Shown here: positions 1 through 12,516 of the stretch, piece after piece
Position numbering within the stretch: position 1 is the first letter of the stretch
Layout of the letters: every line of letters begins with the position of its first letter
Source: Somniosus microcephalus
Lineage: Eukaryota
Length of the DNA: 64,000 bases
Reading direction: 5' to 3'
Assembly: GCA_052327205.1 (NCBI GenBank)
Contig: CM126208.1
Coordinates: 200,694,001-200,758,000, forward strand
Notes under the pieces: generated by a model
Told to the model about the DNA's origin: nothing
The model's database searches: none
Seen by the model: only the letters and a program-made list of their open reading frames with translations
Program-made: the position numbers and the translations under genes

Positions 1-112
1 ACCTCTACTAATTCAACATTCTCCTGGCCAGCCTCCCATCCTTCATAAACTTCAACTCACCCAAGACTCTGCTGATCTGCTATCCTCATCCTACACCAAG
101 TCCCACTAACTC
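1..112 (+). mobile_element. L2-like LINE fragment (5' piece of a copy interrupted by CR1)
   Basis: ctcctggccagcctcccatc...aaacttcaactcacccaagactctgctg resembles the 3' region of L2 ORF2, and the sequence continues at about 7341. Confidence 0.55.
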
Positions 113-872
113 AACAGGGAGGGATTCAAATTCCTGTGACATTGGAACCGGTTCTGGGGGAGGTGGGACCAGTACAAACTGGGCTGTTTGCACGTGGGCA
201 GGACCGGGACCGATGTCCTAGGGGGAGTGTTTGCTAGTGCTGTTGGGGAGGGTTTAAACTAAAATGGCAGGGGGTTGGGAACCTGTGCAGGGAGACAGAG
301 GAAAGGGAAGCAAGGATAGAAGGAGAAAAGCAAAAGTGGAAGGCAAAGAAAGCAAGGGTGTAAATCAAACAGGGCCACAGTAAATAATAATTCTAAAAGC
401 TCTAAGTGTTAAAAAATCAAGCCTGAAGGCTTTCTGTCTTAATGCAAGCATTTGTAATAAGGTGGATGAATTAGCTACGCAAATAGATGTAAACGGATAT
501 GATATAATTGGGATTATGGAGACATGGCTCCAGGGTGACCAAGGCTGGGAATTCAACATCCAGGGGTATTCAATATTCAGGAAGGACAAGGAGGTGGGGT
601 AGCATTGCTGGTTAAAGAGGAGATTAACACAATTGTAAGGAAGGATATTGGCTCTGATGATGTGGAACCTGTATGGGTAGAGCTGAGAAATACCAAGGGG
701 CAGAAAACGTTAGTGGGAGTTGTATACAGACCTCCAAACAGTAATGCGGAGGTTGGGGATGGCATTAAACGGGAAATAAGAGACATGGGCAATAAGTGCA
801 CAGCAGTTATCATGGGGACTTTAATCTACATGTAGATTGGGCTAACCAAATTAGTAACAATGCTGTGGAGGA
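113..872 (+). mobile_element. CR1 LINE, left part (ORF1 end and ORF2 endonuclease start), degenerate
   Basis: Encodes APE-domain motifs such as VWVELRNTKGQKTLVGVVYRPPNS. Broken at ...VEEE by an inverted CR1. Confidence 0.85.
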
Positions 873-1445
873 GGAAACATAAGAACATAAGAAATAGGAG
901 CAGGAGTAGGCCAATCGGCCCCTCGAGCCTGCTCCGCCATTCAATAAGATCATGGCTGATCTGATCCTAACCGCCAATCTACTATCACAGAACCATCTCC
1001 TGAATCCAACAGAATTAGACACATGAAATAGGAGCAGGATCAGGCTACACGGCCCCTGGGCCCGCTCCGCTACCCACAGGGCCATGTCCGATCCGAACCT
1101 AGACTCATGTCCAAATTCCTGCTCGCTCCCCGTAACCCTCAATTCCCTTTACTTCTAGGAAACTGTCTATTTCTGTTTTAAATTTATGTAATGATGTAGC
1201 TTCTACAGCTTTTTAGGGCAGCATATTCCATGGACCTACCACCCTCTGAGTGAAGTAGTTCCTCCTCATCTCAGTTTTGAAAGAGCAGCCCCTTATTCTA
1301 AGACTATGCCCCCTAGTTCTAGTTTCGCCCATCATCGGGAACATCCTCCCCGCATCCACCCGATCCAACCCCTTCACAATCTTATATGTTTCAATAAGAT
1401 CGCCTCTCATTCTTCTGAACTCCAATGAGTAGAGTCCCAATCTAC

Positions 1446-2603
1446 TCAACCTCTCCTCCTATGTCCATCCCTCATCCCCGGGATTAACCGAGTGAACCTT
1501 CTTTGTACTGACTCGAGAGCAAGTATGTCTTTTCTTAAGTATGGACACCAAAACTGTATGCAGTATTCCAGGTGCGGTCTCACCAATACCTTGTACAACT
1601 GAAGCAATACCTCCCTATTTTTATATTCTATCCCCCTAGCAATGAAAGTCAACATTCCATTGGTCTTCTTAATCACTTGCTGCACCTGCATACTAACCTT
1701 TTGAGTTTCGTGCACCAGGACCCCCAGATCCCTTTGTACTTCAGTACTTTCCAGTTTCTTGCCATTAAGATAATAACTTGCTCTACGATTTTTCCTGCCA
1801 AAGTGCATCACCTCACACTTTCCAGTATTGTATTCCATCTGCCAAATCTCTGCCCACTTACTTAGCCTGTCTATGTCCCCTTGCAGGTTTTTTATGTCCT
1901 CCTCACTCACTACTTTCCCTCCCATCTTAGTATCATCTGCAAACTTTGATATGTTACACTCGGTCCCCTCCTCCAAATCGTTAATATAGATTGTAAAGAG
2001 TTGGGGACCCAGCACTGACCCCTGCGGAACACCACTAGTTACTGATTGCCAGTCTGAGAATGAACCATTTATCCCAACTCTCTGCCTTCTGTTAGATAGC
2101 CAATCCTCTATCCATGCCAGAATATTACCCTCAATCCCGTGATTTTTTATCTTAAACAATAATCTTTTGTGTGGCACCTTGTCAAATGCCTTTTGGAAGT
2201 CTAAATACACTACGTCCACTGGTTCCCCTTTATCCACCCTATATGTTACTTCCTCAAAGAACTCCAGCAAATTTGTCAAACATGACTTCCCCTTCATAAA
2301 ACCATGCTGACTTTGTCCTATTAAATTATGATTATCCAAATGTCCTGTTACTGTCTCCTTAATAATGGACTCCAAAATTTTACCTACCACAGATGTTAGG
2401 CTAACCGGTCTATAGTTTCCAGCCTTCTGTCTACTGCCCCTTTTAAATAAGGGTGTTACCTTTGCTGAGTCCAGGGAGTTTTGGAAAATTATTACCAATG
2501 CATCCACAATCCCTACCACCACTTCCCTCAAGACCCTAGGATGTAAGCCATCAGGTCCAGGTGATTTATCCGCCTTGAGTCCCATTATTTTACCGAGTAC
2601 CAC
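1446..2603 (-). CDS. CR1 ORF2 reverse transcriptase region (disrupted)
   Basis: [38 protein letters not shown] and KFADD. Confidence 0.88.
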   Translation of the reverse strand: MVLGKIMGLKADKSPGPDGLHPRVLREVVVGIVDALVIIFQNSLDSAKVTPLFKRGSRQKAGNYRPVSLTSVVGKILESIIKETVTGHLDNHNLIGQSQHGFMKGKSCLTNLLEFFEEVTYRVDKGEPVDVVYLDFQKAFDKVPHKRLLFKIKNHGIEGNILAWIEDWLSNRRQRVGINGSFSDWQSVTSGVPQGSVLGPQLFTIYINDLEEGTECNISKFADDTKMGGKVVSEEDIKNLQGDIDRLSKWAEIWQMEYNTGKCEVMHFGRKNRRASYYLNGKKLESTEVQRDLGVLVHETQKVSMQVQQVIKKTNGMLTFIARGIEYKNREVLLQLYKVLVRPHLEYCIQFWCPYLRKDILALESVQRRFTRLIPGMRDGHRRRG

Positions 2604-2685
2604 TTCCTTAGTGATTTTGATTGTGTTTAGCTCCTCCCCCCCATAGCCCCCTGTTTGTCCAGTGTTGGGATATTCTTAGTGTCTT

Positions 2686-4023
2686 CTACTGTAAAGACTG
2701 ATACAAAATATTCAGTGTTTTTGTCATCTCCATATTTCCCACCATTAATTTCCCGGTCTCATCCTCTAAGGGACCAACATTTACTTTAGCCACCCTTTTT
2801 CTTTTTATATAACTATAAAAACTTGTACTATCTGTTTTTATATTTTTTGCTAATTTACTTTCATAATCTATCTTCCCTTTCTTAATCAATCTTTTTGTTA
2901 TTTTTTGCTGTCTTTTAAAGTTTTCCCAATCCTCTATCCTCCCACTAGATTTGGCTACCTTATATGCCCCTGCTTTTAGTCGAATACGATCCTTAATTTC
3001 TTTACTTAGCCACGGATGGCTGTCTTTTCTTTTACACCATTTTCTTCTCAGTGGAATATATATTTTTTGGAAGTTGTAAAATAACTCCTTAAATGTACAC
3101 CACTGATCATGTATCGTATTACCCTTTAATCTATTTTCCCAATCCACTCTACTCAATTCCACTCTCATACCTTCATAGTCTCCTTTATTCAAGCTTAGCA
3201 CGCTTGTTTGAGATCCAACCTTCTCACCCTCTAATTGAATATGGAATTCAACCATGTTATGGTCACTCATTCCAAGGGGATCCTTTACTAGGACATTTTT
3301 AATTAATCCTGTCTCGTTACACAGGACCAGATCTAAGGTTGCTTGCCCCCTGGTCGGTTCAGTTACATACTGCTCAAGAAACCCATCCCTAATACACTCA
3401 ATGAACTCATCCTCAAGGCAGCCCTGCCCAATTTGATTTGTCCAATTAATATGATAGTTAAAATCCCCCATAATTATAGATGTTCCCTTATTACAAGCCT
3501 CAACTATTTCCTGATTGATACTCCGTCCAACAGAGTTGCAACTGTTCGGAGGCCTATAGACTACGCCCACTAGTGTTTTTTTCCCCTTATTATTCCTTAC
3601 CTCCACCCAAACTGTTTCATTATCCTGATCTTTTGACCCAATATCATTTCTCTGTATTACAGTGATTCCTTCCTTTATTAACATAGCCACCCCACCGCCC
3701 CTTCCTTCCTGCCTGTCCTTCCTGATCGTTAAATAACCTGGTATGTTTAATTCCCAGGCATTGTCACCCTGCAGCCATGTTTCTGTAATGGCCACAAGAT
3801 CATACCCATATGTAGTTATTTGTGCCATTAACTCGTCTATTTTGTTACGAATGCTACATGCATTCAGATAGAGAACTTTCAAATATGTTTTGTGACACTT
3901 AGTTCCTGCTTTTGCCCTTTTTATTACTTTACCTTTTACTCCATACCTTCTGCCCCTTCCTGACACGCTCAGGTTTTTAATTTCCCCACTGCTACCTAAG
4001 TCTATGACCTTCTCTGTTGTCAT
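2686..4023 (-). CDS. CR1 ORF2 N-terminal apurinic endonuclease region (frameshifted before the RT)
   Basis: YLNA.SI, ITETWL, YRPPN, GDFN, LDLVL and SDH motifs. Confidence 0.88.
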   Translation of the reverse strand: MTTEKVIDLGSSGEIKNLSVSGRGRRYGVKGKVIKRAKAGTKCHKTYLKVLYLNACSIRNKIDELMAQITTYGYDLVAITETWLQGDNAWELNIPGYLTIRKDRQEGRGGGVAMLIKEGITVIQRNDIGSKDQDNETVWVEVRNNKGKKTLVGVVYRPPNSCNSVGRSINQEIVEACNKGTSIIMGDFNYHINWTNQIGQGCLEDEFIECIRDGFLEQYVTEPTRGQATLDLVLCNETGLIKNVLVKDPLGMSDHNMVEFHIQLEGEKVGSQTSVLSLNKGDYEGMRVELSRVDWENRLKGNTIHDQWCTFKELFYNFQKIYIPLRRKWCKRKDSHPWLSKEIKDRIRLKAGAYKVAKSSGRIEDWENFKRQQKITKRLIKKGKIDYESKLAKNIKTDSTSFYSYIKRKRVAKVNVGPLEDETGKLMVGNMEMTKTLNILYQSLQ

Positions 4024-4061
4024 TTTTATTATTTGCTCTCTAGGAACCTCCCCCCCACTAG

Positions 4062-4967
4062 TTAGTTTAAAGCCCTCTCTACAGCCCTAGTTATATGATC
4101 CGCCAGGACTCTAGTCCCAGCACTGGCCAAGTGAAGCCCATCCCAACGGAACAGCTCCCTCCTGCCCCAGTACTGGTGCCAGTGTCCCAGGAAGCAAAAC
4201 CCATTTCTCCCACACCAGTCTTTGAGCCACGCATTTAACTCTCTAATTTTATTTGTCCTAGCCAAATTCGCTCGTGGCTCAGGTAATAATCCAGAGATTA
4301 TTACCCTTGAGGTTCTGTTTTTTAATTTGACCCCTAGCTGCTCATACTCCTTTAACAGAACCGACTTCCTAGTCCTATCTACGTCGTTTGTACCAACATG
4401 GACCACGACAACTGGATCCACCCCCTCCCACTGCAAGTTTCTTTCCAGCCCAGAGGAGATGTCCTTAACCCTGGCACCGGGTAGGCAACACAGCCTTCGG
4501 GACTCTCGCTCTCGGCTGCAGAGAACTCTATCTATCCCCCTAATAATACTATCCCCTACCACTACAACATTTCTATTTACTCCCCCCTCTTGAATGGCCC
4601 CCCGTTCCACGGTGCTGTGGCCAGGTTGCTCATCCTCCCTGCAGTCCCTGCTCATGTCCCCACAGGGAGTAAGAACCTCGAACCTGTTGGACAAGAGCAA
4701 GGGCTGCGGCTCCTCCAGCTCTACCTCCTGCATCCCCGTACCTGCCTCACTCGTAGTCACACCGTCCTGTCCCTGGGCTACATCTGAATTAATTAACTTC
4801 ATAGGTGTGACCACCTCCTGATACACAGAGTCCAGGTACTTCTCCCCCTCCCTGATGTGTCGCAGTGTCTGAAGTTCAGACTCCAGCTCATCAACACGGA
4901 GCTGGAGTTCCTGTAGCAGCAGACACTTGTCACAGACGTAATCACTGTGAGCCTCAATGGGGTTCAC
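4062..4967 (-). CDS. CR1 ORF1 protein (zinc-finger remnant, coiled coil, SGNH/GDSL esterase domain), 5'-truncated
   Basis: YVCDKC, then a leucine-heptad region, then VVGDS, CLPGA, HVGTND and DGLHL, which are the SGNH blocks typical of CR1 ORF1. Confidence 0.88.
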   Translation of the reverse strand: MNPIEAHSDYVCDKCLLLQELQLRVDELESELQTLRHIREGEKYLDSVYQEVVTPMKLINSDVAQGQDGVTTSEAGTGMQEVELEEPQPLLLSNRFEVLTPCGDMSRDCREDEQPGHSTVERGAIQEGGVNRNVVVVGDSIIRGIDRVLCSRERESRRLCCLPGARVKDISSGLERNLQWEGVDPVVVVHVGTNDVDRTRKSVLLKEYEQLGVKLKNRTSRVIISGLLPEPRANLARTNKIRELNAWLKDWCGRNGFCFLGHWHQYWGRRELFRWDGLHLASAGTRVLADHITRAVERALN

Positions 4968-4970
4968 CGG

Positions 4971-7339
4971 CTCCTAGAGTGTATACGGGATGGTTTCCTG
5001 GACCAATATGTCAAGGAACCAACTAGAGATCAGGCCATCTTAGACTGGGTATTATGCAATGAGAAAGGATTAATTAGCAATCTTGTTGTGCGAGGCCCCT
5101 TGGGGAGGAGTGATCATATGATAGAATTCTTTATTAAGATGGAGAGTGAAGTAGTTGACTCAGAGACTAGGGTACTGAATTTAAATAAAGGAAACTACGA
5201 TGGTATGAAGTGCGAGTTGGCTAGGATGGATTGGGAAACGATACTTAAAAGGTTGACGGTGGATAGGCAATGGCAAACATTTAAAGATCGTGTGGATGAA
5301 CTACAGAATTTGTTCATCCCTATTTAGCATAAAAATAAAATAAAAAAGGAGACTCAACCATGGCTAACAAGGGAAATTAGGGATAGCATAAGATCCAAGG
5401 AGAGGACATATAAATTGGCCAGAAAAAAACAGCAAACCCGAGGATTGGGAGCAGTTTAGGATTCAGCAAAGGAGGACAAAGGGATTAATAAAGAGGGGGA
5501 AAATAGAGTGAGAGTAAGCTTGCAGGGAACATAAAAACTGACTGTAAAAGCTTCTATAGATATGTGGAGAGAAAAAGATTGGTGAAGTCAAGCGTAGGTC
5601 CCTTGCAGTCAGAATCAGGAGAATTTATAATGGGGAACAAAGAAATGGCTGACCAATTAAATAGATACTTTGGTTCTGTCTTCACAAAGGAGGACACCTC
5701 CCAGAGATGTTGGAGAACATAGGGTCTAATGAGAGGGAGGAACTGAAATCAAATCAGTATTTGTAGGGAAATGGTGTTAGGGAAATTGATGGGATTGAAG
5801 GCCAATAAATCCCCAGGGCCTGTTAATCTACATCCTAGGATACTTAAGGAAGTGGCCCAAGAAATAGTAGATGCATTGCTGGTCATCTTCAAAAATTCTA
5901 TAGACTCTGGAACAGTTCCCATGGATTGGAGGGTAGCTAATGTAACCCCACTATTTAAAAAAGGTGGTAGAGAGAAAACGGGGAATTATAGACCGAAGCC
6001 TGACATCGGTAGTGGGGAAAATGCTAGAGTCCATTATAAAAGATGTAATAGCAGAGCACTTGGAAAGCAGTGACCGGATCGGACAAAATCAACATGGATT
6101 TACAAAAAGTAAATCATGCTTGATTAATCTGGAATTTTTTGAGGATGTAACTGTTAGGATAAGGGAGAGCCAGTGAAGGTGGTGTATTTGGACTTTCAGA
6201 AGGCTTTCGGTAAGGTCCCGCATAAGAGATTAGCGCGCAAAGTTAAAGCACATGGGATTGGGGATAAGGTACTGACTTGGATAGAGACCGGTTTGGCAGA
6301 CAGGAAGCAAAGAGTTGGAATAAACGGGTCTTTTTCCGAGTGGCAGGCAGTGACTAGTGGGGTACCGCAGGGATCGGTGCTAGGACCCCAGTTATTCACA
6401 ATATATATTAATGATCTAGACAAGGGAACTAGATGTAATATCTCCAAGTTTGCAGACGACACAAAGCTGGGTGGGCATGTGTGCTGTGAGGAGGATGCAG
6501 AGAAACTCCAGTATGATTTTGACAGGTTGGGTGATTGGGTAGATGCATGGCAAATGCAGTATAATGTGGATAAATGCGAGGTTATCCACTTTGGTGGCAA
6601 AAACAGGAAGGCAGATTATTATCTGAATGGCAACAGATTGGGAAAAGGGGAAGTGCAACGAGATCTGGGTGTCCTTATGCACCAGTCGATGAAGGTAAGC
6701 ATGCAGGTGCAGCAGGCGGTTAAGGCGGCAAATGGTATGTTGGCCTTCATAGCGAGAGGACTCGAGTACAGGAGCAAGGATGTCTTGCTGCAGTTGTACA
6801 GGGCCTTGGTGAGACCACACCTTGAGTATTGTGTGCAATTTTGGTCACCTTATCTGACGAAGGATGTTCTTGCCATGGAGGGAGTGCAGCGAAGATTCAC
6901 CAGACTGATACCTGGGATTACAGGAATGGCATATGAAGAGAGATTGGGTTGATTAGGCTTATATTCACTAGAGTTTAGAAGAATGAGAGGGGATCTCATT
7001 GAAACGTATAAAATTCTAATGGGACTAGACAGACTAGATGCAGGAAGGATGTTCCCGATGGCGGAGGAGTCCAGAACCAGGGGTCACAGTCTAACGATAA
7101 GGGATAAGCTATTTTGGACTGAGATGAGGAGGAATTTCTTCACCCAGAGAGTGGTGAACTTGTGGAATTCTCTACCACAGAAGGCAGTTGAGGCCAATTC
7201 ATTAAATATATTCAAGAAGGAGTTAGATATATTTCTTAAGGCTAAGGGGATCAAGGGATATGGGGAGAAAGCAGGGACAGAGTACTGAATTTGGCTCGAG
7301 GGGCCGAATGGCCGACTCCTGCTCCTATCTTCTATGTTT
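4971..7339 (+). mobile_element. CR1 LINE, right part (ORF2 RT and 3' tail), frameshifted
   Basis: Resumes at LECIRDGFLDQYV. RT ORFs at 5771-6952. 3' tail ggctcgaggggccgaatggccgactcctgctcctat. Confidence 0.9.
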
Positions 7340-7340
7340 C

Positions 7341-7737
7341 AACCCCCATCCTTGCTAATCTAGATTGGCTCTCAGTACCTCAACATCACAAATTTGAAAT
7401 TCCCATTCGTGTTCTAATCACTTCAATGCCTCACCCACCCTCTCTCAGTAACCTTCTCCACCCTACAACCTCCCCTGTTCCTCGGACTCCAGCCCCTTGA
7501 GCATCCCTCCCTCCTTTTGGCCCACCATTGACAGCTCTGCCTTCAGCAACATAGGCCCTACTCTCTAAAATTCACCCCCAAAGCCCCAACTCCTTGTTCA
7601 AGGTTCTCCTTAAAACCCACCTCTTTGACCAAGCTATTATCTCCTTCTTTGGCTCAATGTCCATCTTTTCCTTATTGCTCTGAAGTGTTATGGGATATTT
7701 TCTACATTAATGAAGCTATACAAGTGCAAATTGTTGA
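7341..7737 (+). mobile_element. L2-like LINE 3' end
   Basis: cacctctttgaccaagct and the terminal ...gctatacaagtgcaaattgttg match the L2 3' ends at 21870-22190 and 18396-18810. Confidence 0.65.
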
Positions 7738-8121
7738 TATCGAATTAGCCGTTCCAATTGCTTTATGCACCTACAAGGAAATTTTTAATGACTTGTGTAC
7801 CTTGACCCATGAATTCCTTTGTTCATCTACCTCATACCACTTCCCCATCTACCATTTTTGTATTCAAAGTGCACTGCTTCATACTTCTTTATGCTAAACT
7901 GCTTCTGCAAGCTTCCTCTCTGCTTTTTTGGCTTATGTTCATTTAAACTTTTCTGCTCTGTTCTTCTCAATCCAGTAGTAACTTGGTTTTTCTCATTTTT
8001 TCCCCCAAAAGCTCTCTTTTACCCAGATATTTATTTGGGCTTCAGATTCTCAGATCACTTCTGTAGATGAGCCCTGCTTCCCCATGTCAGAGTGTGCTGG
8101 CATTTGCTCAGTTATCTAGGT

Positions 8122-8663
8122 CAGTGGTTCTCAAATTTTTTTGGTTGGAGGACCTCTTTTCAAAATCGATTAGTAATCACGGACCCCCACCTAAATTATA
8201 GTACTATATAATACTCATAATATGAAAGTCCTGCAAGTACTGTAAAGCGTGTTTTAATAATGCTTTTAAGTAAATAGGTACTTACTTACGTATCAGTGAG
8301 ATGCGTCTACCTGCCAATTGTAGTCACTCTCAGCACTCCTCCACGCACACACCCTTCCTACGCGAGACAGCCAGTCCACTCAGCACGGCACATTTGGCGA
8401 CTGCACTCTGCACCCGCCACACACCAAGCCCACATTCTTTCAGCCACCGTCTCCCCGGCCTGGCCGCGCATGCAAATTGGTAAACGCAACAGCAGCAGCG
8501 CTGCTTATGTTAGTCAGAGAGTAAGCAAATGAGCAGCGGCTGGAGGCTGGCTTGGTGCGAGCGGATTGTGGCCGCCACGTTCCGTAAGGCCAGCCCTGCT
8601 CTGTACTCTTGTTATTTTGCAGACCCCCGGAAAGTTCTACGGACCCCAGTTTGAGAACCACTG
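8122..8663. mobile_element. hAT (Charlie-like) MITE
   Basis: 14-bp TIRs CAGTGGTTCTCAAA / TTTGAGAACCACTG. 8-bp TSD atctaggt / atccaggt (7 of 8 match). Confidence 0.9.
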
Positions 8664-8915
8664 ATCCAGGTACATTTGTTGCATTACTGGGGACTGCAAC
8701 AACTATCCACTTTATTTTGGCTTACTGGTTTTTATCATGTACCCTCACATGATCTTCCTCGACTTCGGAACAAAACTCAACACTGCTCTAGACTGCGACT
8801 TAGGTTTCAACTGTTGAACAAATTTATTAAACGGTAAAAGAATAAGTGAAAAGCATCAATGACAACATAGATTTTACAACAGTTAAATTAACATCTCACT
8901 CCTGATATTCACTTT

Positions 8916-8991
8916 CAGATTAGCCAGGATCTCTCTGAATGGTGGAACAGGCTCGAGGGGCTAAATGGCCTACTCCTGTTCCTATATTCCT
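8916..8991 (+). mobile_element. CR1 3' tail fragment
   Basis: gaatggtggaacaggctcgaggggctaaatggcctactcctgttcctat is the CR1 3' terminal motif. Confidence 0.7.
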
Positions 8992-11900
8992 AGTTTTCTT
9001 AAATAGTAAACAACTATTAGTCATGATTGCTGAGCTAAACTATGCATTATGCAGCCTATCTATTTCAGTCCATAGAAGCTATTTGGTCTGACTACTAATC
9101 CACAAATGTTACTCTGTCCAATTTGAACCAGTAAGGTTGAGAAAAAAATTCCAGAAAAAGATCAAGACGAAACACATTTAAATAATTGCATTTTTTTAAA
9201 TTTAGAAAATAAAACTGCCAAACACATACTTGAAGAAATCCACAAAATGTTTGTATTTGTCTTGACCCATCCTTTGGACACCTGGTTGAGATAAAATGAA
9301 AATCAGTTGCATCAATATAAACCAAAGCATGCATCTCCTGTGATTTTTAAATACCTTATGTATCATGATGGAAGAAGCCATGCTAAATCATATGCCACAG
9401 TCCTTGCCTCCTTTTTTCAATAAAGGTGTAACTTTTACTGCTTTTCGAAGCTCTGGTACTATCCCAGAATGTAGTAATTTTGAACGAATTCATCCTCATC
9501 TTCTAACTAAATATGGGACAAATTCTAAAACCTGAAGATTTAACAGCAATCGCACATTGATGGAGGATACAGCTTTCTAAAGCCTGCAACATCTTTTAAG
9601 CCATACTTACTAGATCTGATATTTTTCAAGTGACAAGTCTACAAATACAGCAAAAAAGTAACACGTTTTAAGCCTTGGTCACACATAAACTATTATAAAA
9701 TAATCTGTCTGTAAAACATGTATTATATCAGATTAGAGATGTGTTAAAATGATGTCCTCTTATTTTTAAATTAGTTTTGTGTATTCATTATTGATAACAC
9801 AACTCTACACAAATAACATTAAAAAGTTCCACCAAATATCAGATTAAAAAAAAACTAGATTAGAAACAATACATAGTGATTTTTGCAGGTGTATTATATT
9901 AGAATTATAAACTGGAAATTGTCAAGTACATACACTTCCAAAATAAAATTCACGTAATATTCACAACTTGTATGCCCTGCTTCTATAGGCACAAGTACAA
10001 AAACCAAGTTAAAACTTTAAAAATTCAGATTTTCTGATTAATTACAGCATTTCCTACATGTGTTTTAACACCATCACAAAGACAGCTGTATAGTAATGTC
10101 CTAAATAAAAGCACTAGTTTATTAAAATTATACACTAAATCTTGCCGTTTATTAACAATTCCAGAATCTTACTGTACAAAGAAATGATTACAAAGTTAGG
10201 TATATTGCTAAACAGAAACCTGTAAAAGGTTCTAGCTTCTGCCTTGCCTAGGTCTACCTGGAAAATGTCTTTACTGCTGAAATAACAATACCCCTGTAAA
10301 ATAGAAACCCACTGATTCATAGTATTTTAAATGCACTACTCAGTAAATCTAGACCTAAATTAGCAGAGGACTGTGTAAAATATTATAATGTAGAAATTAT
10401 TCAAGCAATTCTATTATCTGCTATATTAAAATATACAGTAGAGTCAATAATCACTGGATATACAAAAATGAAAAATATTTTCAATCTATTAGATCTTCCA
10501 TGATTGCTCATGTGTAGTCTAAAGCCTGTCGTCAAGTAATTGACATTCTGACGGTCCTGCACTGAGGCATTAGGCAGACACTTAAATCACTGCTATTGTA
10601 ACTCAATGAATTCCACAGCCGATTCAGCTTCAGGGAACATATGTCAAATTGGCACAGTGCAAGCTAGAAGGTGTAGTCCCAGCCACAGGCTAAAAGTGGC
10701 AATCTAGCTGATGCCTGGCAGTCAAGTTGAAGGCTAGTGCGAGTCTTGGGTCTTGATAGGGAGCCTTGCAATTTGGCTTGTTTATTTCTATTGTACATGG
10801 ATTTGTGGCATTTATACTTTTAAGAGGACAGAAATGTCATTTTTAAGACAATGTAAGGGGGCGGGTGAGAAACTTATCGCTGTGGCTGTATCGTGGGAGA
10901 ATGCTTTTTGCTGCAATGGGATTAGGCAGTTTTTTGCTGTACTGTGATTGGGGACTTTGAGGAATATGATTGGAGAGAAAATTTAAATTTGGGAGAAAGG
11001 TTTGTGCAATATGATTCATGAATAACAAATGTTGAAAATAACAAAGAAAAAACACAAACTTAATGAGGGAAAAGAAAAGGTACTTAAACAATGAGGAAGA
11101 CATTTAGCCAATGAGGCAAAAGAAAACTGACTTACATTCACAACAGACGCTACAATCACTAAAGACACAAAATTTTATTATATAGACTTACATAGACCCA
11201 ACAGCGTTCTTATAAAACCAGAGTAAATGCAATACAAACAATTTTCTAATAAAATGCCTTGCACCAGAAGTCCTTTGATGCAAGTAAAAGAATCAGTGCC
11301 ATCATTAGTTAACAGGATATCACAAATGAAATTTATAGTTAAATACAACTGCCAACTAAATATAGCATAAGCTGGCAGTAAAGTGTGAACATTTTTGAAA
11401 ACGACCTTCAACTTAATCATGGAGGGGGAGGGGTCACTAGGTGTCCCTTTACAACCCTAGTAGGCAGTGATGACTAAGGTTCCGAAATTCGATCAGGCCC
11501 ACTGCTGAACTGGGATGCATCGCCCTATGGGGATCTGGAAAATGCAATAAAACTGGGTCCACCGGGATTCCACTCCATGTTTTCTCCTCTCCTTTTTCCA
11601 GTGCTGCCCCTGCCGCACCATGTCCCCATTACATCAAGTTTGCATATTCGGGGGAGGTCCTGGGCTACTCCAGGAATTCCACCCATTATGTCCTCCACAG
11701 GCTTCAGCTGTACTTGCGCCCAAGAGGCCTACTTGCAGTGGCAGAGCAGACAGTCAGGAATTTCATGCCCATACCTTTTTCTATACTGCATGGTTATTCC
11801 GACATTGTTCATTGTAGCGTACAAGGTTTTACTGTGAACAACTTTTGCCATCCCGAGAAATTTTGGGCAGGCAAAAAAGCAGATAGAGTGCGGTGTGCAG

Positions 11901-12250
11901 CAGGGTCCTGCTAATTCAGCAGACCTCTAGGAAAGATGTGCTTATATAGAATAACTGTACAGTTTGGGGGGGGGGGGGGGGGCAGGAACTTAATTTTAAG
12001 CAGTCTCAAAAAAAAAGCAAGGAGTGTCAGTTTGGAGAAACCACTAGCTGCCAAGTTAGGTCAGCTAAACACATGGAATGTGGCTCATATTCAGTTTGTA
12101 CATGTAGATTACACAATTTGGTTACTTGCTTGATGAACTGCAGTTTGGCAAAAAAAAGAGGGCTGAAGTTGTCTGTCTCGCTTCACATTCAGTTCTTCCT
12201 TCTTCAAAATATTTGATATACTGGGCTGCTTAGATGGTTCACCATATAAT

Positions 12251-12516
12251 TTAGTCTGAAATGGAAGGAGAGTTTAGAGACCGCCCACTAGCCGGGCTGT
12301 TTGTAAAAGTAAACAGGTCTTTTTCTTTGTCTTTCCCATCATGTTTGTGTTTATGCTTATGCTTGTGTTTATGCTTTTTCTTCTTTTTCTTGTGTTCATG
12401 ATGGTGGTGATGGTGATGTTCCCCATGTCTCGATGAGCTGGACTCTTTGCCAAGTGAAGGAAGTGGGGTAGCTGGCATGGAAATCATGGCAGTTTCTATG
12501 GCTGGTGTTTCTTTTC
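12251..12516 (-). CDS. TAF2: TAF2 terminal coding exon (His/Lys-rich C-terminal tail)
   Basis: Translates (G)KETPAIETAM...HHHHHHHEHKKKKKKHKHKHKHKHKHDGKDKEKDLFTFTNSPASGRSLNSPSISD*, matching the vertebrate TAF2 C-terminus. Acceptor ...ttttcatAG at 12518-12517, phase 1. TAA at 12253-12251. Confidence 0.96.

Larger units (their letters stand above)
875..4968 (-). mobile_element. Young, nearly full-length CR1 LINE nested in another CR1
   Basis: ORF1 4062-4967; ORF2 pieces 2686-4023 (APE) and 1446-2603 ([12 protein letters not shown] and FADD). 3' tail ...CCTATTTCTTATGTTCTTATGT. Confidence 0.95.

Noticed and set aside
1572-6838. Many ORFs of 60-140 aa antisense to CR1 ORF2 (also at 55919-62975)
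   Set aside because: Shadow frames of LINE coding sequence that recur only because the copies are homologous.
10672-10690. tgtagtcccagc resembling the 7SL/Alu 5' region
   Set aside because: The match is only about 12 nt and does not extend.
11479-11868. Possible Harbinger-type MITE in the TAF2 3' UTR
   Set aside because: The terminal similarity is too degenerate and there is no clear TSD.
8820-12250. TAF2 poly(A) site
   Set aside because: Several minus-strand AATAAA hexamers occur in AT-rich sequence (near 11174, 10148, 10118 and 8823), and none can be chosen without transcript data.
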